DNA of 64,000 nt from Cyanobacteria bacterium P01_D01_bin.156 (GCA_039024555.1 JBCCQQ010000022.1:1-64000); one strand, 5' to 3'; counted from the stretch's first letter, positions 43,136 through 55,320 are shown. Notes: a model not told the origin generated them from the letters alone. Translations and numbers: made by a program.

Positions 43136-44674
43136 ATGACACGCTTAGCGCTGCTTAGTGCATCTGACAAAACCGGTATTGTTGACCTAGCGAAGGTTCT
43201 AACCACAGAATTTGACTTTGATATCATCAGCAGTGGCGGTACCGCTCGCACCCTTACAGAAGCAGGTATTCCCGTCACTAAAGTATCCGAATACACGGGC
43301 TTTCCTGAAATCCTTGGCGGTCGGGTCAAAACGCTGCAGCCCCGTATCCATGGGGGGCTACTAGCTCGTACTGATAATGCAGACGACCAAAAGGACCTAG
43401 CTGACAACGACATTCGGCCCATAGATTTGGTTGTGGTTAATCTATATCCCTTTGAGCAAACCATCGCTAAACCCGCTGCCACGCTCACTGATGCCATCGA
43501 AAATATCGACATTGGTGGCCCCACCATGCTGAGGTCCGCGGCTAAAAACCACGCCTATGTGACCGTACTGTGTAATCCAGCTCAGTACGACGGTTACCTA
43601 AATGAACTCCGCAATAGCGGACCCTCTCTCGAATTTCGTGCTGCCTGCGCGCGTCAGGTGTTTTGGCATACTGCTATCTACGATCAGGCCATCGCCACCT
43701 ATCTGACTGAGCAAGCTGAAGAAGCCACCAGTGAGCGTTTTGCCCTCGGTGGGACCCAAAAACAACCCCTACGCTATGGTGAAAACCCCCATCAGCCTGC
43801 AGTGTGGTACCAAACAGGGAGTTTAGCGACTGGATGGGCCGCAGCAGAAAAACTGCAGGGTAAAGATCTAAGCTACAACAACCTTGTGGATCTAGAAGCA
43901 GCTCGTCGAATCATTGCAGAGTTTCCCAGTGAAAATGGCCCTGCTGCTGCTGTCCTGAAACACACCAATCCCTGTGGTGTGGCTATTGGCCAGTCCATGG
44001 CGTCCACCTACAGACGAGCATTTGAGGCGGATAACATATCTGCTTTTGGAGGTATTGTGGCGCTCAATCAAACGATTGATGTGGAAACCGCTGAGTCTTT
44101 GACTCAAACATTTTTGGAGTGTGTGGTTGCTCCTGGATGTGCGACCGAGGCACGGGACATATTGGCTAAAAAGAAAAATTTACGGGTGTTAGTGCTACCT
44201 GATTTACTCAGTGGACCTAATCAGACAGTACGTGCGATCGCAGGGGGGTTTCTGACCCAAACATCCGACGATTTTCAAGAAGATATTAGCCAGTGGAAAA
44301 TCGTAACCGAACGTCAACCAAACGAAGCTGAACTCACAGAAATGCTATTTGCCTGGCGCGTTGCCAAACATGTGAAATCCAATGCCATTGTGGTCACCAA
44401 TGAAAGCACTACGGTAGGCATCGGTGCCGGACAGATGAACCGAGTAGGGGCCGCCAAGATTGCCCTGGAACAAGCTGCAGAAAAAGCTATGGGCGCCACC
44501 CTAGCCAGCGACGGATTCTTTCCCTTTGATGACTCAGTACGCACAGCTGCTGCTTCGGGCATTAAGGCTATTGTGCAGCCAGGGGGAAGTATTCGGGACG
44601 AGGAATCTATCAAAGCAGCCAACGAACTAGGAATCGTGATGGCCTTTACCGGAACACGCCACTTCCTACATTAA
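43136..44674 (+). CDS. purH: Bifunctional AICAR transformylase/IMP cyclohydrolase
   Basis: ALLSASDKTG, GGRVKTL, NIDIGGP, LRYGENPHQ, KHVKSNA, QPGGS, RHFLH. Confidence 0.98.
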   Translation: MTRLALLSASDKTGIVDLAKVLTTEFDFDIISSGGTARTLTEAGIPVTKVSEYTGFPEILGGRVKTLQPRIHGGLLARTDNADDQKDLADNDIRPIDLVVVNLYPFEQTIAKPAATLTDAIENIDIGGPTMLRSAAKNHAYVTVLCNPAQYDGYLNELRNSGPSLEFRAACARQVFWHTAIYDQAIATYLTEQAEEATSERFALGGTQKQPLRYGENPHQPAVWYQTGSLATGWAAAEKLQGKDLSYNNLVDLEAARRIIAEFPSENGPAAAVLKHTNPCGVAIGQSMASTYRRAFEADNISAFGGIVALNQTIDVETAESLTQTFLECVVAPGCATEARDILAKKKNLRVLVLPDLLSGPNQTVRAIAGGFLTQTSDDFQEDISQWKIVTERQPNEAELTEMLFAWRVAKHVKSNAIVVTNESTTVGIGAGQMNRVGAAKIALEQAAEKAMGATLASDGFFPFDDSVRTAAASGIKAIVQPGGSIRDEESIKAANELGIVMAFTGTRHFLH

Positions 44675-44675
44675 C

Positions 44676-44709
44676 CCCATTTATCCCCCCTGAAGGGGGG
44701 GATGAGGGG
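44676..44709. terminator. GC-rich hairpin between convergent purH and ndhV
   Basis: ATCCCCCCT-GAA-GGGGGGGAT with outer CCCC/GGGG. Confidence 0.6.
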
Positions 44710-44710
44710 A

Positions 44711-45181
44711 TCAATTACCTTTCAGCCACTTTTGACCTTTCAGACGTTGCAAGACATAAAGCACCATGAGGTCTAATGTAATGCGACGTTCATCTCCCAT
44801 AAACTGCTCAATCGTACTGGGGGGTGCCCCATCAGTTGCAAAGGAATAGATTTTAGGACCGCTAATACTTTCTTCTAAAAAAGCGATATTAAACTGACGA
44901 TTCCCTTCAGCCCAACGTCCAATCACTTGAGGATAGGTGTCTTTATCAACACCAATCACGTTGATGGGTTGAGTCTCAAAAGAAATCTGAATGTCATTCA
45001 GACCATCCTCTTTTTCTAGAGCCGTTTTTACAGCGGGGACAAAATGCTGTTCGATAAATTCAGCAAACGGTTTATCTTCTAACTTGGGCGGTTTGGCCTT
45101 TTTAGCTTTTGCAGGGGCCTTAGCTGGCGCTTTATCAGCGGACTTTGCCGCAGGGGCCTTAGGAGTCGACTCGTCTGCCAT
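44711..45181 (-). CDS. ndhV: DUF2996 family protein, NDH-1 subunit NdhV
   Basis: Lys/Pro/Ala-rich N-terminus, LEDKPFAEFIEQHF.P, IEQFMGDERRITLDL, QRLKGQKWL. Confidence 0.75.
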   Translation of the reverse strand: MADESTPKAPAAKSADKAPAKAPAKAKKAKPPKLEDKPFAEFIEQHFVPAVKTALEKEDGLNDIQISFETQPINVIGVDKDTYPQVIGRWAEGNRQFNIAFLEESISGPKIYSFATDGAPPSTIEQFMGDERRITLDLMVLYVLQRLKGQKWLKGN

Positions 45182-45392
45182 GCTTTTGTCTACTTAAACA
45201 GTTGAGTTTGAAGCATACAACACACTTCAAACCAGGTCTTTCCCATATTAGTAAACCTTGCTCCCATCCAGAACTGTAGTTTTTCTATAAGGCCCGTTTA
45301 AGGCGATTTCTTTAAAGCCATCAGACAAACTCCCCAGGGATCTTACATATCCCAGGGAGTGTATGCTTTGAAAGAGCAAATGGTAACGATTG

Positions 45393-46457
45393 TTAAGACA
45401 TAACGCCTGCAATAGCTGCCCGTACGGTAGCAGTATCGGTCTGCTGACTAATTGGAGTCAGACCGATGGCGTCTAGATCGGCATCTACCATCAGTTGCAC
45501 TAACCCTGGAAAATTAATAGACGGCTCCCAGCCGAGCTTTTGTTGCGTGTTGGTGGGGTCACCAATCAGGATATCAACTTCAGCGGGACGCAGATAGCGG
45601 GGGTCAAACTTCACATAGTCATGCCAATCTAAGTTGACATAGCTAAAGGCAATGTCTAGAAACTCTTTAATGGTGTGGGTCTCTCCCGTAGCTACCACAT
45701 AGTCCCCAGGCTCATCCTGCTGTAGCATCAACCACATTGCCCGCACATAGTCCTTGGCGTAGCCCCAATCACGCTTGGAGTCCAAGTTTCCAAGGTATAG
45801 CTCCTTTTGTTGACCTGCCACAATTCGGGCCACAGCGCGGGTAATCTTACGGGTGACAAAGGTTTCGCCCCGGCGAGGGGACTCATGGTTAAACAAAATG
45901 CCATTACAGGCAAACATGCCATAGGACTCACGATAGTTAACCGTTTGCCAATGGGCATAGACCTTAGCACAGGCATAGGGGCTGCGGGGATAGAACGGCG
46001 TGGTCTCTGTTTGGGGAATTTGCTGGACTTTTCCAAACATTTCAGAGGAACCCGCTTGGTAGAAACGCACTTCCTTATCAGTCCGCTGTTGGTAATCGCG
46101 GATAGCTTCCATCAACCGTAATGCGCCCATTGCCACTGTATCCACAGTGTATTCAGGAGAATCAAAGCTAACGCGCACATGGGACTGAGCACCCAGGTTA
46201 TACACTTCACTGGGCTCTACCTGCTCTAGAATGCGACGTAGCATAGTGCCGTCATTGAGGTCCCCATAGTGGAGAAACAGGCGAGCATCTTCGCTGTGGG
46301 GGTCCACATAAATGTGATCAATACGATCCGTGTTAAATGTGGACGTACGCCGAATGATGCCATGAACTTCATAGCCTTTTTCGAGTAAAAGTTCTGCCAG
46401 ATAGGAGCCATCTTGGCCGGTGATACCTGTAATGAGTGCACGCTTGATTTGCGTCAT
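45393..46457 (-). CDS. gmd: GDP-mannose 4,6-dehydratase
   Basis: [40 protein letters not shown]. Confidence 0.97.
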   Translation of the reverse strand: MTQIKRALITGITGQDGSYLAELLLEKGYEVHGIIRRTSTFNTDRIDHIYVDPHSEDARLFLHYGDLNDGTMLRRILEQVEPSEVYNLGAQSHVRVSFDSPEYTVDTVAMGALRLMEAIRDYQQRTDKEVRFYQAGSSEMFGKVQQIPQTETTPFYPRSPYACAKVYAHWQTVNYRESYGMFACNGILFNHESPRRGETFVTRKITRAVARIVAGQQKELYLGNLDSKRDWGYAKDYVRAMWLMLQQDEPGDYVVATGETHTIKEFLDIAFSYVNLDWHDYVKFDPRYLRPAEVDILIGDPTNTQQKLGWEPSINFPGLVQLMVDADLDAIGLTPISQQTDTATVRAAIAGVMS

Positions 46458-46731
46458 AGAGTATATTTCCTTATTACGAAGTTCAAAGCTCAAGATGGCG
46501 TTCTGCCATAGGTTTCTGCCAAGCAGAAAGTTTGGCACCATCGGTAACTGTGGAATGCAACAAGAGAGGAAATCGTTCAATGGTTTAAGCATCGAACAAC
46601 CAACATCATTCCTAGGAGCAACTCCAATTGTCTGTGAGCCCATTGATTTAGCGATGGATGTTGAGGCTCTATGGTTTCAATAAATATTAGTATGAATAGC
46701 TTAGCTGCTAGGCCACGAAGATGCCCAACTA

Positions 46732-47010
46732 TTATGCCCTTCGGTCGCGTTCAATATCGTAAATAGCTTTTTCCCAACACCATTGCTCTGAGCGATCAGG
46801 ATTTTGCGATCGCACCCGCTCCACTAGGCGAGCCGCCACGGCCTGGTTACCATTAACTAATCGCATCAGCCGCTGTCGTGTAGAACGGGGAACCCCAGCT
46901 GTTCCGGTGGGCAAAGACGGGACTCCAAAGCGAATCGGTAATCGATAGCCGGTCAGCCAGCAAAAAACTGCCACCACCAGCACCACCGCAAAGATGACTG
47001 AAAAGGACAT
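46732..47010 (-). CDS. Small membrane-anchored hypothetical protein
   Basis: N-terminal TM segment; C-terminal A.RLVE..R..NPDRSEQW.WEKAIYDIERDR helical motif seen in cyanobacterial hypotheticals. Confidence 0.7.
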   Translation of the reverse strand: MSFSVIFAVVLVVAVFCWLTGYRLPIRFGVPSLPTGTAGVPRSTRQRLMRLVNGNQAVAARLVERVRSQNPDRSEQWCWEKAIYDIERDRRA

Positions 47011-47043
47011 GTTCGATTTCCCCCACGTTCTACCCTAGCTCAT

Positions 47044-47622
47044 ATGAACCCAGTCACCCGCGATAGTCAGTTAGTTCTAGATTTTTGGTTTGGCTCACCT
47101 GCTGGTGACTATCGCAAAGAATGGTTTCGAAAAGATCCTGACTTTGATACTCAGATCAAGGAGCAATTTTTAGACCTGTATTGGGCTATGGTAGCGTCCT
47201 CGCCCGAAAGCTGGTGGTCAACGGCAAAATCTAGCCTAGCTAGGATTATTGTGCTGGATCAGTTTTCCCGCAATATGTTTCGCGGTACCCCCCAAAGCTT
47301 TGCAACCGATTCTCTAGCCCTAGCCACAGCAAAGGTCATGCTGCAAAAGGGATACGATGCCGCCTGCTTACCTGTCGAGAAGTTTTTTATCTATTTGCCA
47401 TTCGAGCATAGTGAAAACATGGAAAACCAAAATCGCTCGGTAGAACTGTTTGAGCAATTGATACAGACAGCTCCCGATTTACACTCTGGCCTGGACTATG
47501 CGCGACGTCATCGAGCGGTGATCGCCCAATTTGGACGGTTCCCCCACCGCAATGAAATTTTGGCACGTGCCAGTACCCCAGCAGAACTGGAGTTTCTCCA
47601 AAAACCAGGCTCAAAGTTTTAA
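47044..47622 (+). CDS. DUF924 family protein
   Basis: LDFWF, IIVLDQFSRNMFRG, YLPFEHSE, FGRFPHRN.IL.R.ST..E. Confidence 0.92.
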   Translation: MNPVTRDSQLVLDFWFGSPAGDYRKEWFRKDPDFDTQIKEQFLDLYWAMVASSPESWWSTAKSSLARIIVLDQFSRNMFRGTPQSFATDSLALATAKVMLQKGYDAACLPVEKFFIYLPFEHSENMENQNRSVELFEQLIQTAPDLHSGLDYARRHRAVIAQFGRFPHRNEILARASTPAELEFLQKPGSKF

Positions 47623-47712
47623 GCCCCTACATTGATATTTTCGCAGGCAAATGCATAGCCTGAGGGCACAACGGGTAACCACTTAGATCCCAAAATTTTG
47701 ACTGTGGCTGAG

Positions 47713-47775
47713 TTTTGAAATTCGGAGTTCGAAACGCTCCTCTTTCCGAACTCCGAATTCAAAATTCCGAACTCC
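47713..47775. repeat. STRR-like heptamer repeats in inverted arrangement
   Basis: TTTTGAAA TTCGGAG TTCGAAA ... TTCCGAA CTCCGAA TTCAAAA TTCCGAA CTCC; ~22-bp imperfect stem. Confidence 0.7.
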
Positions 47776-47840
47776 ATCCAAATACCTTGAAAAATCGCTG
47801 TGCTTTACATTATTGTCCGAACAAATCCACAGTGGCTGCC

Positions 47841-48251
47841 CTAAACAGGTTTTTCGTATTCGATTTCCACCGTAGTATGCACGTTGCCTCGCGGTTGAAA
47901 ATCACCTTTGATTTGGAACTTGAGCGGATCAGCCGCGGCAATAAAGTCATCCATGATTTGGTTGATGGACTCTTCATGGGAAATGTAGCGATCGCGATAG
48001 CCGTTTATGTATAGCTTAATCGCCTTTAGCTCGACTACTTTTTCATTGGGACTGTAAGTAATGTGAATGGTCGCAAAGTCAGGATAGCCGGAGAATGGGC
48101 ATTTACAGGTAAATTCCGGCAGCGAAATGTTGACGTCATACAATCGACCAGGTCGAGGGTTAGGAAACGTAATTAACTCATTTTCTGTAATGGCGCGTTC
48201 GCCATACTTGACATCAGTAGGAGTATCTGTGGGGAGTGGGGTATTGGCCAT
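47841..48251 (-). CDS. queF: NADPH-dependent preQ0 reductase
   Basis: PEFTCKCPFSGYPDF, VELKAIKLY, ISHE, PRG. Confidence 0.95.
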   Translation of the reverse strand: MANTPLPTDTPTDVKYGERAITENELITFPNPRPGRLYDVNISLPEFTCKCPFSGYPDFATIHITYSPNEKVVELKAIKLYINGYRDRYISHEESINQIMDDFIAAADPLKFQIKGDFQPRGNVHTTVEIEYEKPV

Positions 48252-48660
48252 GGGTGTAGAAAATTTGAAAACTGACAGTTGATGAAATTACGCTGGTGAT
48301 TCTAGAGAAAAGGGGATACAACTAAGCTTGCGTCAAGATTTATGCATTTCGCTAGTAGACAGGGTATTTCTACTAAGAGAGCTAATGTAGCAAAATGCCT
48401 CGGACAATCAAACCCTTGAGCCCTCCAGTAGCTCAACAGGACTCCACCCAGCGAACAAAATCAGCTCAAGGACTTGACGAATTGCGATGGTGTTGCTCTA
48501 ATTTGAACGGCCTGGGAAAGGCCATACCTACCCTGGCATGACTGATTAATGGATAAAGCTATCTGGCCAAACCTCTAGCAGTTGGGACCTGGATAGATAA
48601 CAAAGTTCCCGCAGATCGGTAGCATCCGTCTTAATTTTTTGGAGATTTTTGGACCTACTT

Positions 48661-49224
48661 ATGAATCCTTCTCACAAGTTTGACTCAGCAAGAAACCAAG
48701 TGAGATCAGAAATCGGCTATTCCTCTTCGGTTCCTGTTTCAGTCTATCGCGAGCTCGCGGCTGAACTGCAGGCAACGAAAGCAATGGTGGATTCACTGAG
48801 CAACCAGAACAATCATCTCCAGCAGCAAAACTATCTTCTACGGCAAAACATTCACCAAATGGTGCAAGTGGCTCTACAACTTGGTCACCACGCGGGCGTG
48901 GCTCATCCTGCCGAAGCAGAAATGACCTATTCTGCTCATCCTACAGAACTCCATGAGTACCATGCTCCCATAGAGCAGCAGCTGCATTCTCCAGAACCCA
49001 TACAACCATCTGAAGCGGAGCTAGCGCTGCCACAGAAACCCCGCAAAGCAGAAATTTCTAAGTTGGTTACGGAACAGTCAGGAGAACATCGACGCTACAG
49101 CTTGGAATCATCTGCTAGCGGTAGCATGAGCACCCTATGGTTAATTGTTTCCATCGCCGTTATTATCTTCACGGCTTTTGGTGCTGGCTTTTTGATTATG
49201 CGGCCCTTAATTAGCGATCGCTAG
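48661..49224 (+). CDS. Hypothetical coiled-coil protein with C-terminal TM anchor
   Basis: SVPVSVYRELAAELQATKA..coiled coil; C-terminal IIFTAFGAGFLIMRP. Confidence 0.75.
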   Translation: MNPSHKFDSARNQVRSEIGYSSSVPVSVYRELAAELQATKAMVDSLSNQNNHLQQQNYLLRQNIHQMVQVALQLGHHAGVAHPAEAEMTYSAHPTELHEYHAPIEQQLHSPEPIQPSEAELALPQKPRKAEISKLVTEQSGEHRRYSLESSASGSMSTLWLIVSIAVIIFTAFGAGFLIMRPLISDR

Positions 49225-49325
49225 ATTCTTCCACTCACACCACTTTTATTACGCCTCAAGGGTTTGTAGGTGGTGTTTGGGATAGCTCAGGTTCTACTCT
49301 AAAATTGAATTGCAAAAGGTACTCC

Positions 49326-49339
49326 GTATCGATTGATAC
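49326..49339 (+). promoter_or_regulatory. Putative NtcA binding site upstream of glnB
   Basis: GTATCGATTGATAC = GTA-N8-TAC with extended palindrome; glnB is a known NtcA target in cyanobacteria. Confidence 0.65.
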
Positions 49340-49420
49340 GGTGAGAGGCACACTTAACTCGCTAAACCTTGATATCGTGGTCCAGTTATCCAAATTGGCC
49401 CGATGTGTGTGGAGCTATAG

Positions 49421-49764
<344 letters not shown>

Positions 49765-49765
<1 letters not shown>

Positions 49766-51024
49766 TGTCATCTGACAAGTTGTCAATTGACGATTTTTTG
49801 GGGGCCTACGGTCGCTTTGGCGTCAACCTGGGACTGTCTCGCATTCAGGCATTGCTAGAGCGTTTAGGTTCCCCTCACTTGCAAGTTCCCATCGTTCATG
49901 TAGCTGGCACCAATGGCAAAGGTTCTGTCTGTGCCTACTTGGCTTCAGTACTATCTGCAGCTGGTTATCGGGTTGGACGATACACCTCCCCCCACTTACT
50001 TGATTGGAATGAACGCATTTGCATCAATCAAGTGCCTATTGAACATAAACAGCTGTGGCACCACCTGCAGAATGTGGCCACAGCTATCGATGACACAATC
50101 GCTACACCTACTCAGTTTGAAGTCTTTACAGCCGTAGCCTGGTCATATTTTGCAGCCCAGGCAGTGGATGTGGCGGTTATCGAAGTGGGGTTAGGAGGTC
50201 GATTAGATGCCACCAATGTATGCCCTGAACCTTTGGTGACGGCGATTGTATCCCTCAGCCGTGAACATTGGCAGCAATTAGGCCCCACACTTGCAGATAT
50301 TGCTCGCGAAAAAGCAGGGGTAATAAAGCCTAGCAGACCCTTGATAATTGGGCCTTTGCCCGCTGCGGCAGATGATGTTGTCCGTCAGCGAGCTAGGGAG
50401 TTGAATGCTCCTTTACATGCAGTCACGCCAGCAATAGATGCAGATGCTGGGCAGTGGCGCAGTGGTCTAGATCGTCAGATCGATTATCGAGCCAGTCTCC
50501 TGGGAGATCATCAGCGTATAAATAGTGCTGTTGCGATCGCAATACTACAGCTTCTGCAGCAACAGGGGTGGAATATCCCCATCGATGCCATCCAACAGGG
50601 GATGGAGAAAACTCAATGGCTAGGGCGTTTACAGTGGCTCACATGGAACAAACAGCAGCTGCTAATTGACGGAGCCCACAATACCGCTGCGGCCCAAATG
50701 CTGCGGCGCTATGTGGACCAGCTACCCCAGCCTATAACCTGGCTCATGGGGATGCTGGCAACTAAAGACCATAGGGACATCTTCCAAGCACTGCTTAGGC
50801 CAGGCGACGCATTGCATCTTGTTCCAGTCAAAGGGCATCAAACAGCTGAACCAGCTGACCTAGCAGCCCTAGCCCAGGGTCTCTGTCCGGACCTAGCAAA
50901 GTGTTGCAACTATAAAACCCTTGAAGCAGGTCTGACGGCATTCAGCAAAGATAACGGAGAAACTAAAGTGCTGTGTGGGTCCTTGTATTTAATCGGAGAC
51001 TTCTTATCTCACCATCAGAATTAG
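49765..51024 (+). CDS. folC: Folylpolyglutamate/dihydrofolate synthase
   Basis: HVAGTNGKGS, TSPHL, EVGLGGRLDATN, DGAHN, GSLYLIG. Confidence 0.96.
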
Positions 51025-52301
51025 CGGTTATTCCATTCATCTGCGGCATCAGCAATGGCTTCATCCACAGATTTCTCTCCAAGCATGGCAGCTTGCAGAT
51101 TGTCATAAATTGCTTTTTGCAACTGTTTCACATCTGCCAACGCCGGAATTAACACCTCAGCATCCCCTAACTGACTGGCACTGATAGCTCGGGCAACTTC
51201 AACAGGCGTAGCCTCTGCCGGGGCTTCGGCCAGCGTGCTATCCACAGCTGCCACAGTGGACGGCAACACATTTGCGGCTTGGGCAAAGGAGATTTGATTG
51301 TCGTTGTTGGTAACATACAGTGCAAACTTCACTGCCGCATCGGGCACATCTGTCGCTCGGGGCACCACCAAATTCATGGCAGCCACATTTTTTTTGCCGG
51401 TGTTGCCGGTAATTTGAGGGGCTGTTTGAGTGGCCGCTGCAATATCGGGTGCGTTGTTCGCAATGTTGTCTAGGGCTTCGGCCCCTGACGCAAGCAAAAC
51501 GGTTTCTCCAGCCTGGTAGAGCTCAATGGCACGGCGATGGCCCTGGGTCAACACCTCGCGAGGCAACAGCTCTTGCTGGTAAAGGTCTGTCCAGTATTGA
51601 AAAACGGCTTTACCTGCAGATGTATTAAAGGCTGCATTGCCTTCACCATCGACCAGTGGCACCCCCATCTGAACAAACGACTGGAGAACATCAGCGGCAT
51701 CTTCAGGAACAAAACTGATGAAGAAGGCATACTTTCCAGTTTTCTCTTTGATTTGTTTCGCTGCGATCGCTAGCTCAGCATAGGTGCTAGGAGGCTCACT
51801 CAGACCAGCCGCCTCCAGCAGCTCGTTGTTAAACAACATCACTCGCGTAGTCAAATACCAGGGAAATCCAAAGCTTTCACCATTGAGTGTGGTTGCCTGC
51901 CAAATTTTTGGTAAGTACGTAGCCCGCTGTTCAGGACTCAATTTCTCATCCAACAGCAACCAAGCATTACGCCCCGCTAACTGGGAAGCAAAGTCAGGGT
52001 TTAAGTTGACAACATCGGGGGCAGTGCCCGCAGAAACCGCCGTCAATATTTTGCTTTGCATATCAGCCCAGGGAATATCCACCCACACCACATCCACATC
52101 TGGATTCGCGGCTTCAAAATCAGCAATCAGCTGGTTGAAATAATCAGTGAACTTGGGCTGCAGCTGCATAGTCCAAAATTCCACTGCCTGTTTTCCAGAT
52201 TGTTCGGTGCTGCCACCACAGCCTGCCACAGCAAGCAACACCCCAGCAGCAGCCCAAGCCGCCATACGTGATAGAACATGCCGACGTTGAAACAGTTTCA
52301 T
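51021..52301 (-). CDS. Sugar ABC transporter substrate-binding lipoprotein
   Basis: Lipobox VAGC, EFWTMQL, AGTAPDVVNLN, FPWY. Confidence 0.88.
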   Translation of the reverse strand: MKLFQRRHVLSRMAAWAAAGVLLAVAGCGGSTEQSGKQAVEFWTMQLQPKFTDYFNQLIADFEAANPDVDVVWVDIPWADMQSKILTAVSAGTAPDVVNLNPDFASQLAGRNAWLLLDEKLSPEQRATYLPKIWQATTLNGESFGFPWYLTTRVMLFNNELLEAAGLSEPPSTYAELAIAAKQIKEKTGKYAFFISFVPEDAADVLQSFVQMGVPLVDGEGNAAFNTSAGKAVFQYWTDLYQQELLPREVLTQGHRRAIELYQAGETVLLASGAEALDNIANNAPDIAAATQTAPQITGNTGKKNVAAMNLVVPRATDVPDAAVKFALYVTNNDNQISFAQAANVLPSTVAAVDSTLAEAPAEATPVEVARAISASQLGDAEVLIPALADVKQLQKAIYDNLQAAMLGEKSVDEAIADAADEWNNR

Positions 52302-52461
52302 GATGTTTTTTTGCAACCGAAGAGTATAGCTTTGCGACCCTAGTTCACCATATCAGTGTTCGCTGAACGCGCTCGCTCGCAATCGCTATGTTCAACCTAA
52401 GCGAATTGGGCATCTGATCGACCACCACGATGAAAGCCGTTCCAGCTCAAACCATAAAAAT

Positions 52462-53703
52462 TTAGTGCACCACAACTTTGTTGGCACAGTCTTTAGCCCG
52501 AGCACAGGCCTCTTCAACAGTTTCCCCTAAAGCAAGCGCCACCCCCATACGACGGTTTTTGTGGGCTCGAGGTTTACCAAACAACCGTAGTTTGCTGGTG
52601 GGCACAGTCAGCGCTTCAGGCACACCAGAAAAAGTGGGATTGTCGGTAGCTTCATGCGCCAGAATCACCGCAGAAGCCCCAGGTCTCACCTGCTCGATTT
52701 CACCGATGGGTAATCCGGCAATGGCCCGCACATGCAGCTCAAACTCTGACATGTTTTGGCTCACCATGGTGACCATGCCAGTGTCGTGGGGACGAGGACT
52801 TACCTCGCTAAAGTACACGGTTTGTTCCTGGCTGGGATCGCCTGCGATAAACAATTCCACACCAAATAGTCCCACACCGCCGAGGGCATCGGTTATGGCT
52901 CTCGCAATGTCCTGACATTTTTCTAATGTCGTTGAATTGAGGGGACAGGGCTGCCAAGATTCACGATAATCTCCATTTTCTTGGCGATGCCCGATGGGGG
53001 GACAAAAATGGGTAGTGGGTTGAGCTGCGGGCAAGTCGGGATGGGACCGCACAGTCAGGAGAGTAATTTCGGTGTCAAATTCCACAAACCCTTCTACAAT
53101 CACACGCTGATCTTTACCACGGCCAGCTTCAAAGGCATAGGTCCAAGCTTTATCCACATCAGCCTCAGTTTTAACCAAGCTTTGTCCCTTACCTGAGGAA
53201 CTCATGACAGGCTTGACAACACAGGGCAGTCCAATCGAGGCAATAGCCGCTCGATACTCGGATTCTGTCGCAGCGAAACGATAGGGGGAGGTAGGTAAAT
53301 TCAATTCTTCAGCCGCTAAGCGTCGAATACCTTCACGATCCATCGTCAGCCGTGTAGCCAGTGCCGTAGGTACCACGTTCCAGCCTGATTGCTCTAACTC
53401 GAGAAGCGTTTCTGTTGCCAGAGCTTCTACCTCTGGCACAATCAAATCCGGTTTTTCCTGCTCCACCAATTGCTTTAATGCCTGACCATCCAACATGCTC
53501 AAAACATGAGAACGATGAGCGACCTGCATTGCCGGGGCATTGTCATAGCTATCCACCGCAATCACCTCAATGCCCAAACGCATCGCTTCTAGTGCAACTT
53601 CTCGCCCTAATTCACCAGAACCCAACAGCAGCAGACGTTTGCCCTGAAGTGAAAGAGGTGTACCCCAAACCATATTCACCGATTTTTTTGCAATATTCAC
53701 CAT
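52462..53703 (-). CDS. purT: Formate-dependent phosphoribosylglycinamide formyltransferase
   Basis: [47 protein letters not shown]; start may be 53673. Confidence 0.97.
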   Translation of the reverse strand: MVNIAKKSVNMVWGTPLSLQGKRLLLLGSGELGREVALEAMRLGIEVIAVDSYDNAPAMQVAHRSHVLSMLDGQALKQLVEQEKPDLIVPEVEALATETLLELEQSGWNVVPTALATRLTMDREGIRRLAAEELNLPTSPYRFAATESEYRAAIASIGLPCVVKPVMSSSGKGQSLVKTEADVDKAWTYAFEAGRGKDQRVIVEGFVEFDTEITLLTVRSHPDLPAAQPTTHFCPPIGHRQENGDYRESWQPCPLNSTTLEKCQDIARAITDALGGVGLFGVELFIAGDPSQEQTVYFSEVSPRPHDTGMVTMVSQNMSEFELHVRAIAGLPIGEIEQVRPGASAVILAHEATDNPTFSGVPEALTVPTSKLRLFGKPRAHKNRRMGVALALGETVEEACARAKDCANKVVVH

Positions 53704-54213
53704 AGTTCTTCAAAAAAAACCAACTTTTTTTAGAAATCGTGTGATCAATTTAGCCAATTGAGTGTAATATCGCTCGTAAAAAATCACGTCGTCTTCCAAA
53801 GCCTCTCAAATGGCAAAGGAAGCATGCCTATCAATACTCGCACTCGCGTTTTTCACGGAATGAACTTCCCCATGGGATTAACAATCCGCAATGAAAGTTT
53901 TGAAAGTAACTTAGAGGCTGTTCCAAGTGGAGCGACCCAAAGTTGAAGAATACGTCATACCAATGGGGCTTCTCATTGTTGAACGTACGCTCAAAAAACA
54001 AGTTAGGAGATGTACATTTTGTTTGCTTTTTAGGGCAGTATTGACACCAAACTCTGTGTTCTTTGGCAATCGCTAGCCATTCCTGCACAAATTGTGTACG
54101 ATGCGTTAGCAAAAATTAGCCCATGATTGTTGGGATGTACTCCAGCTCACCGTCAGGCTCTGCCCAGTCAACTTGCCTTCCAAAACCGGATAACATTGTG
54201 ACCGGATAATGCT

Positions 54214-55317
54214 GTGGATAGTTTAAAGTCGCTATTTTCAAGAAAGACCCCAGGTGTAGGTGTGGAGCTTACGCCGGAACGGGTGAATATTGCCCGCCTG
54301 CGGAAACAAGGACAGAAGTTGAAGCTCGATACTCTGGCTTCTGCTGAGATTCCAGAAGGTATCTTTGAAGAGGGCCAAATCATTGATACGGCGGCTATGG
54401 CAGAAGCCATTCGGTCTGCCATCCAGGAAAGCAAACTTAGGGTAAAACGGGCAACAACGGCTGTTCCTGGGCGTGCGATTACACGAGTGATTCCAGTACC
54501 TGCCGAGTTGGATGACAACGAGCTCCGGGAAATGGTCTTGAACCAGGAAGCCAGCTTGTATCTACCGTTCCCACGAGATGAAGCTGATGTGGACTATCAG
54601 AAACTGGGCTTCTTTGTGGATGAAGATGGGATCGAAAAAGTGCAAGTTTTGTTAGTGGCCGTTAAGAAAGAAGTCACTAACGCCTACATGGAAACGTTTC
54701 AACAAGCAGGGTTAAACCTAGATGTTGTCGAAACCAGCAGTTTTGCACTGATTCGCACGATTCGAGAACAGTTGCGTCAGTTTACCCCCCAGGAAGCTGC
54801 AGCCATTGTCGATATCCAGTTTGAAAGCACAGAGATTTCGATTGTTGTCGATGGGATTCCTCATTTTTCAAGAACAGTTCCCATAGGGACATTCCAAATT
54901 CAAAGCGCCCTGAGCCGAGCAATGAATCTACCACCCACGCGCAATACCGAGTTGTTACAGGGGATGACGGTACCAGCCACTCCCATGGATAGTATGGGTG
55001 CTCCGCAGATGGCTGGTGGAACAAATCCAGGAACTGCCGCCATGCTCAGAGTTCTGGGAGAACTCTCCGATGAGTTACGGCGCTCTATCGACTTCTACTT
55101 GAATCAGGGAGAAGACATGGAAGTGGCCCAGCTATTGTTAGCCGGTCCAGGCAGTGCCATCGGCCAGTTAGATGAGTTTTTTGCTCAGCGTTTGAGTTTG
55201 CCAGCGAGTCCGATTGATCCAATTGAAGCGCTATCTCTGGAAGTAGGAGATGAGATTTCAGAAGCGCAGAGACCTGGGTTAGCAACGGTTCTAGGCTTAG
55301 GTTTGCGGGAGGTTTAG
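54214..55317 (+). CDS. pilM: Type IV pilus assembly protein PilM
   Basis: EASLYLPFP, VLLVA, ELRRSIDFY, GLGLREV; first gene of pilMNOQ. Confidence 0.95.
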   Translation: MDSLKSLFSRKTPGVGVELTPERVNIARLRKQGQKLKLDTLASAEIPEGIFEEGQIIDTAAMAEAIRSAIQESKLRVKRATTAVPGRAITRVIPVPAELDDNELREMVLNQEASLYLPFPRDEADVDYQKLGFFVDEDGIEKVQVLLVAVKKEVTNAYMETFQQAGLNLDVVETSSFALIRTIREQLRQFTPQEAAAIVDIQFESTEISIVVDGIPHFSRTVPIGTFQIQSALSRAMNLPPTRNTELLQGMTVPATPMDSMGAPQMAGGTNPGTAAMLRVLGELSDELRRSIDFYLNQGEDMEVAQLLLAGPGSAIGQLDEFFAQRLSLPASPIDPIEALSLEVGDEISEAQRPGLATVLGLGLREV

Positions 55318-55320
55318 GGC

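Noticed and set aside
48252..48420. preQ1 riboswitch upstream of queF
   Set aside because: No preQ1-I stem with GGTTC loop and A-rich tail found on the minus strand
53758..54112. Short ORFs in the purT-pilM divergent region
   Set aside because: TTG starts, atypical composition and mutual overlap; likely promoter DNA
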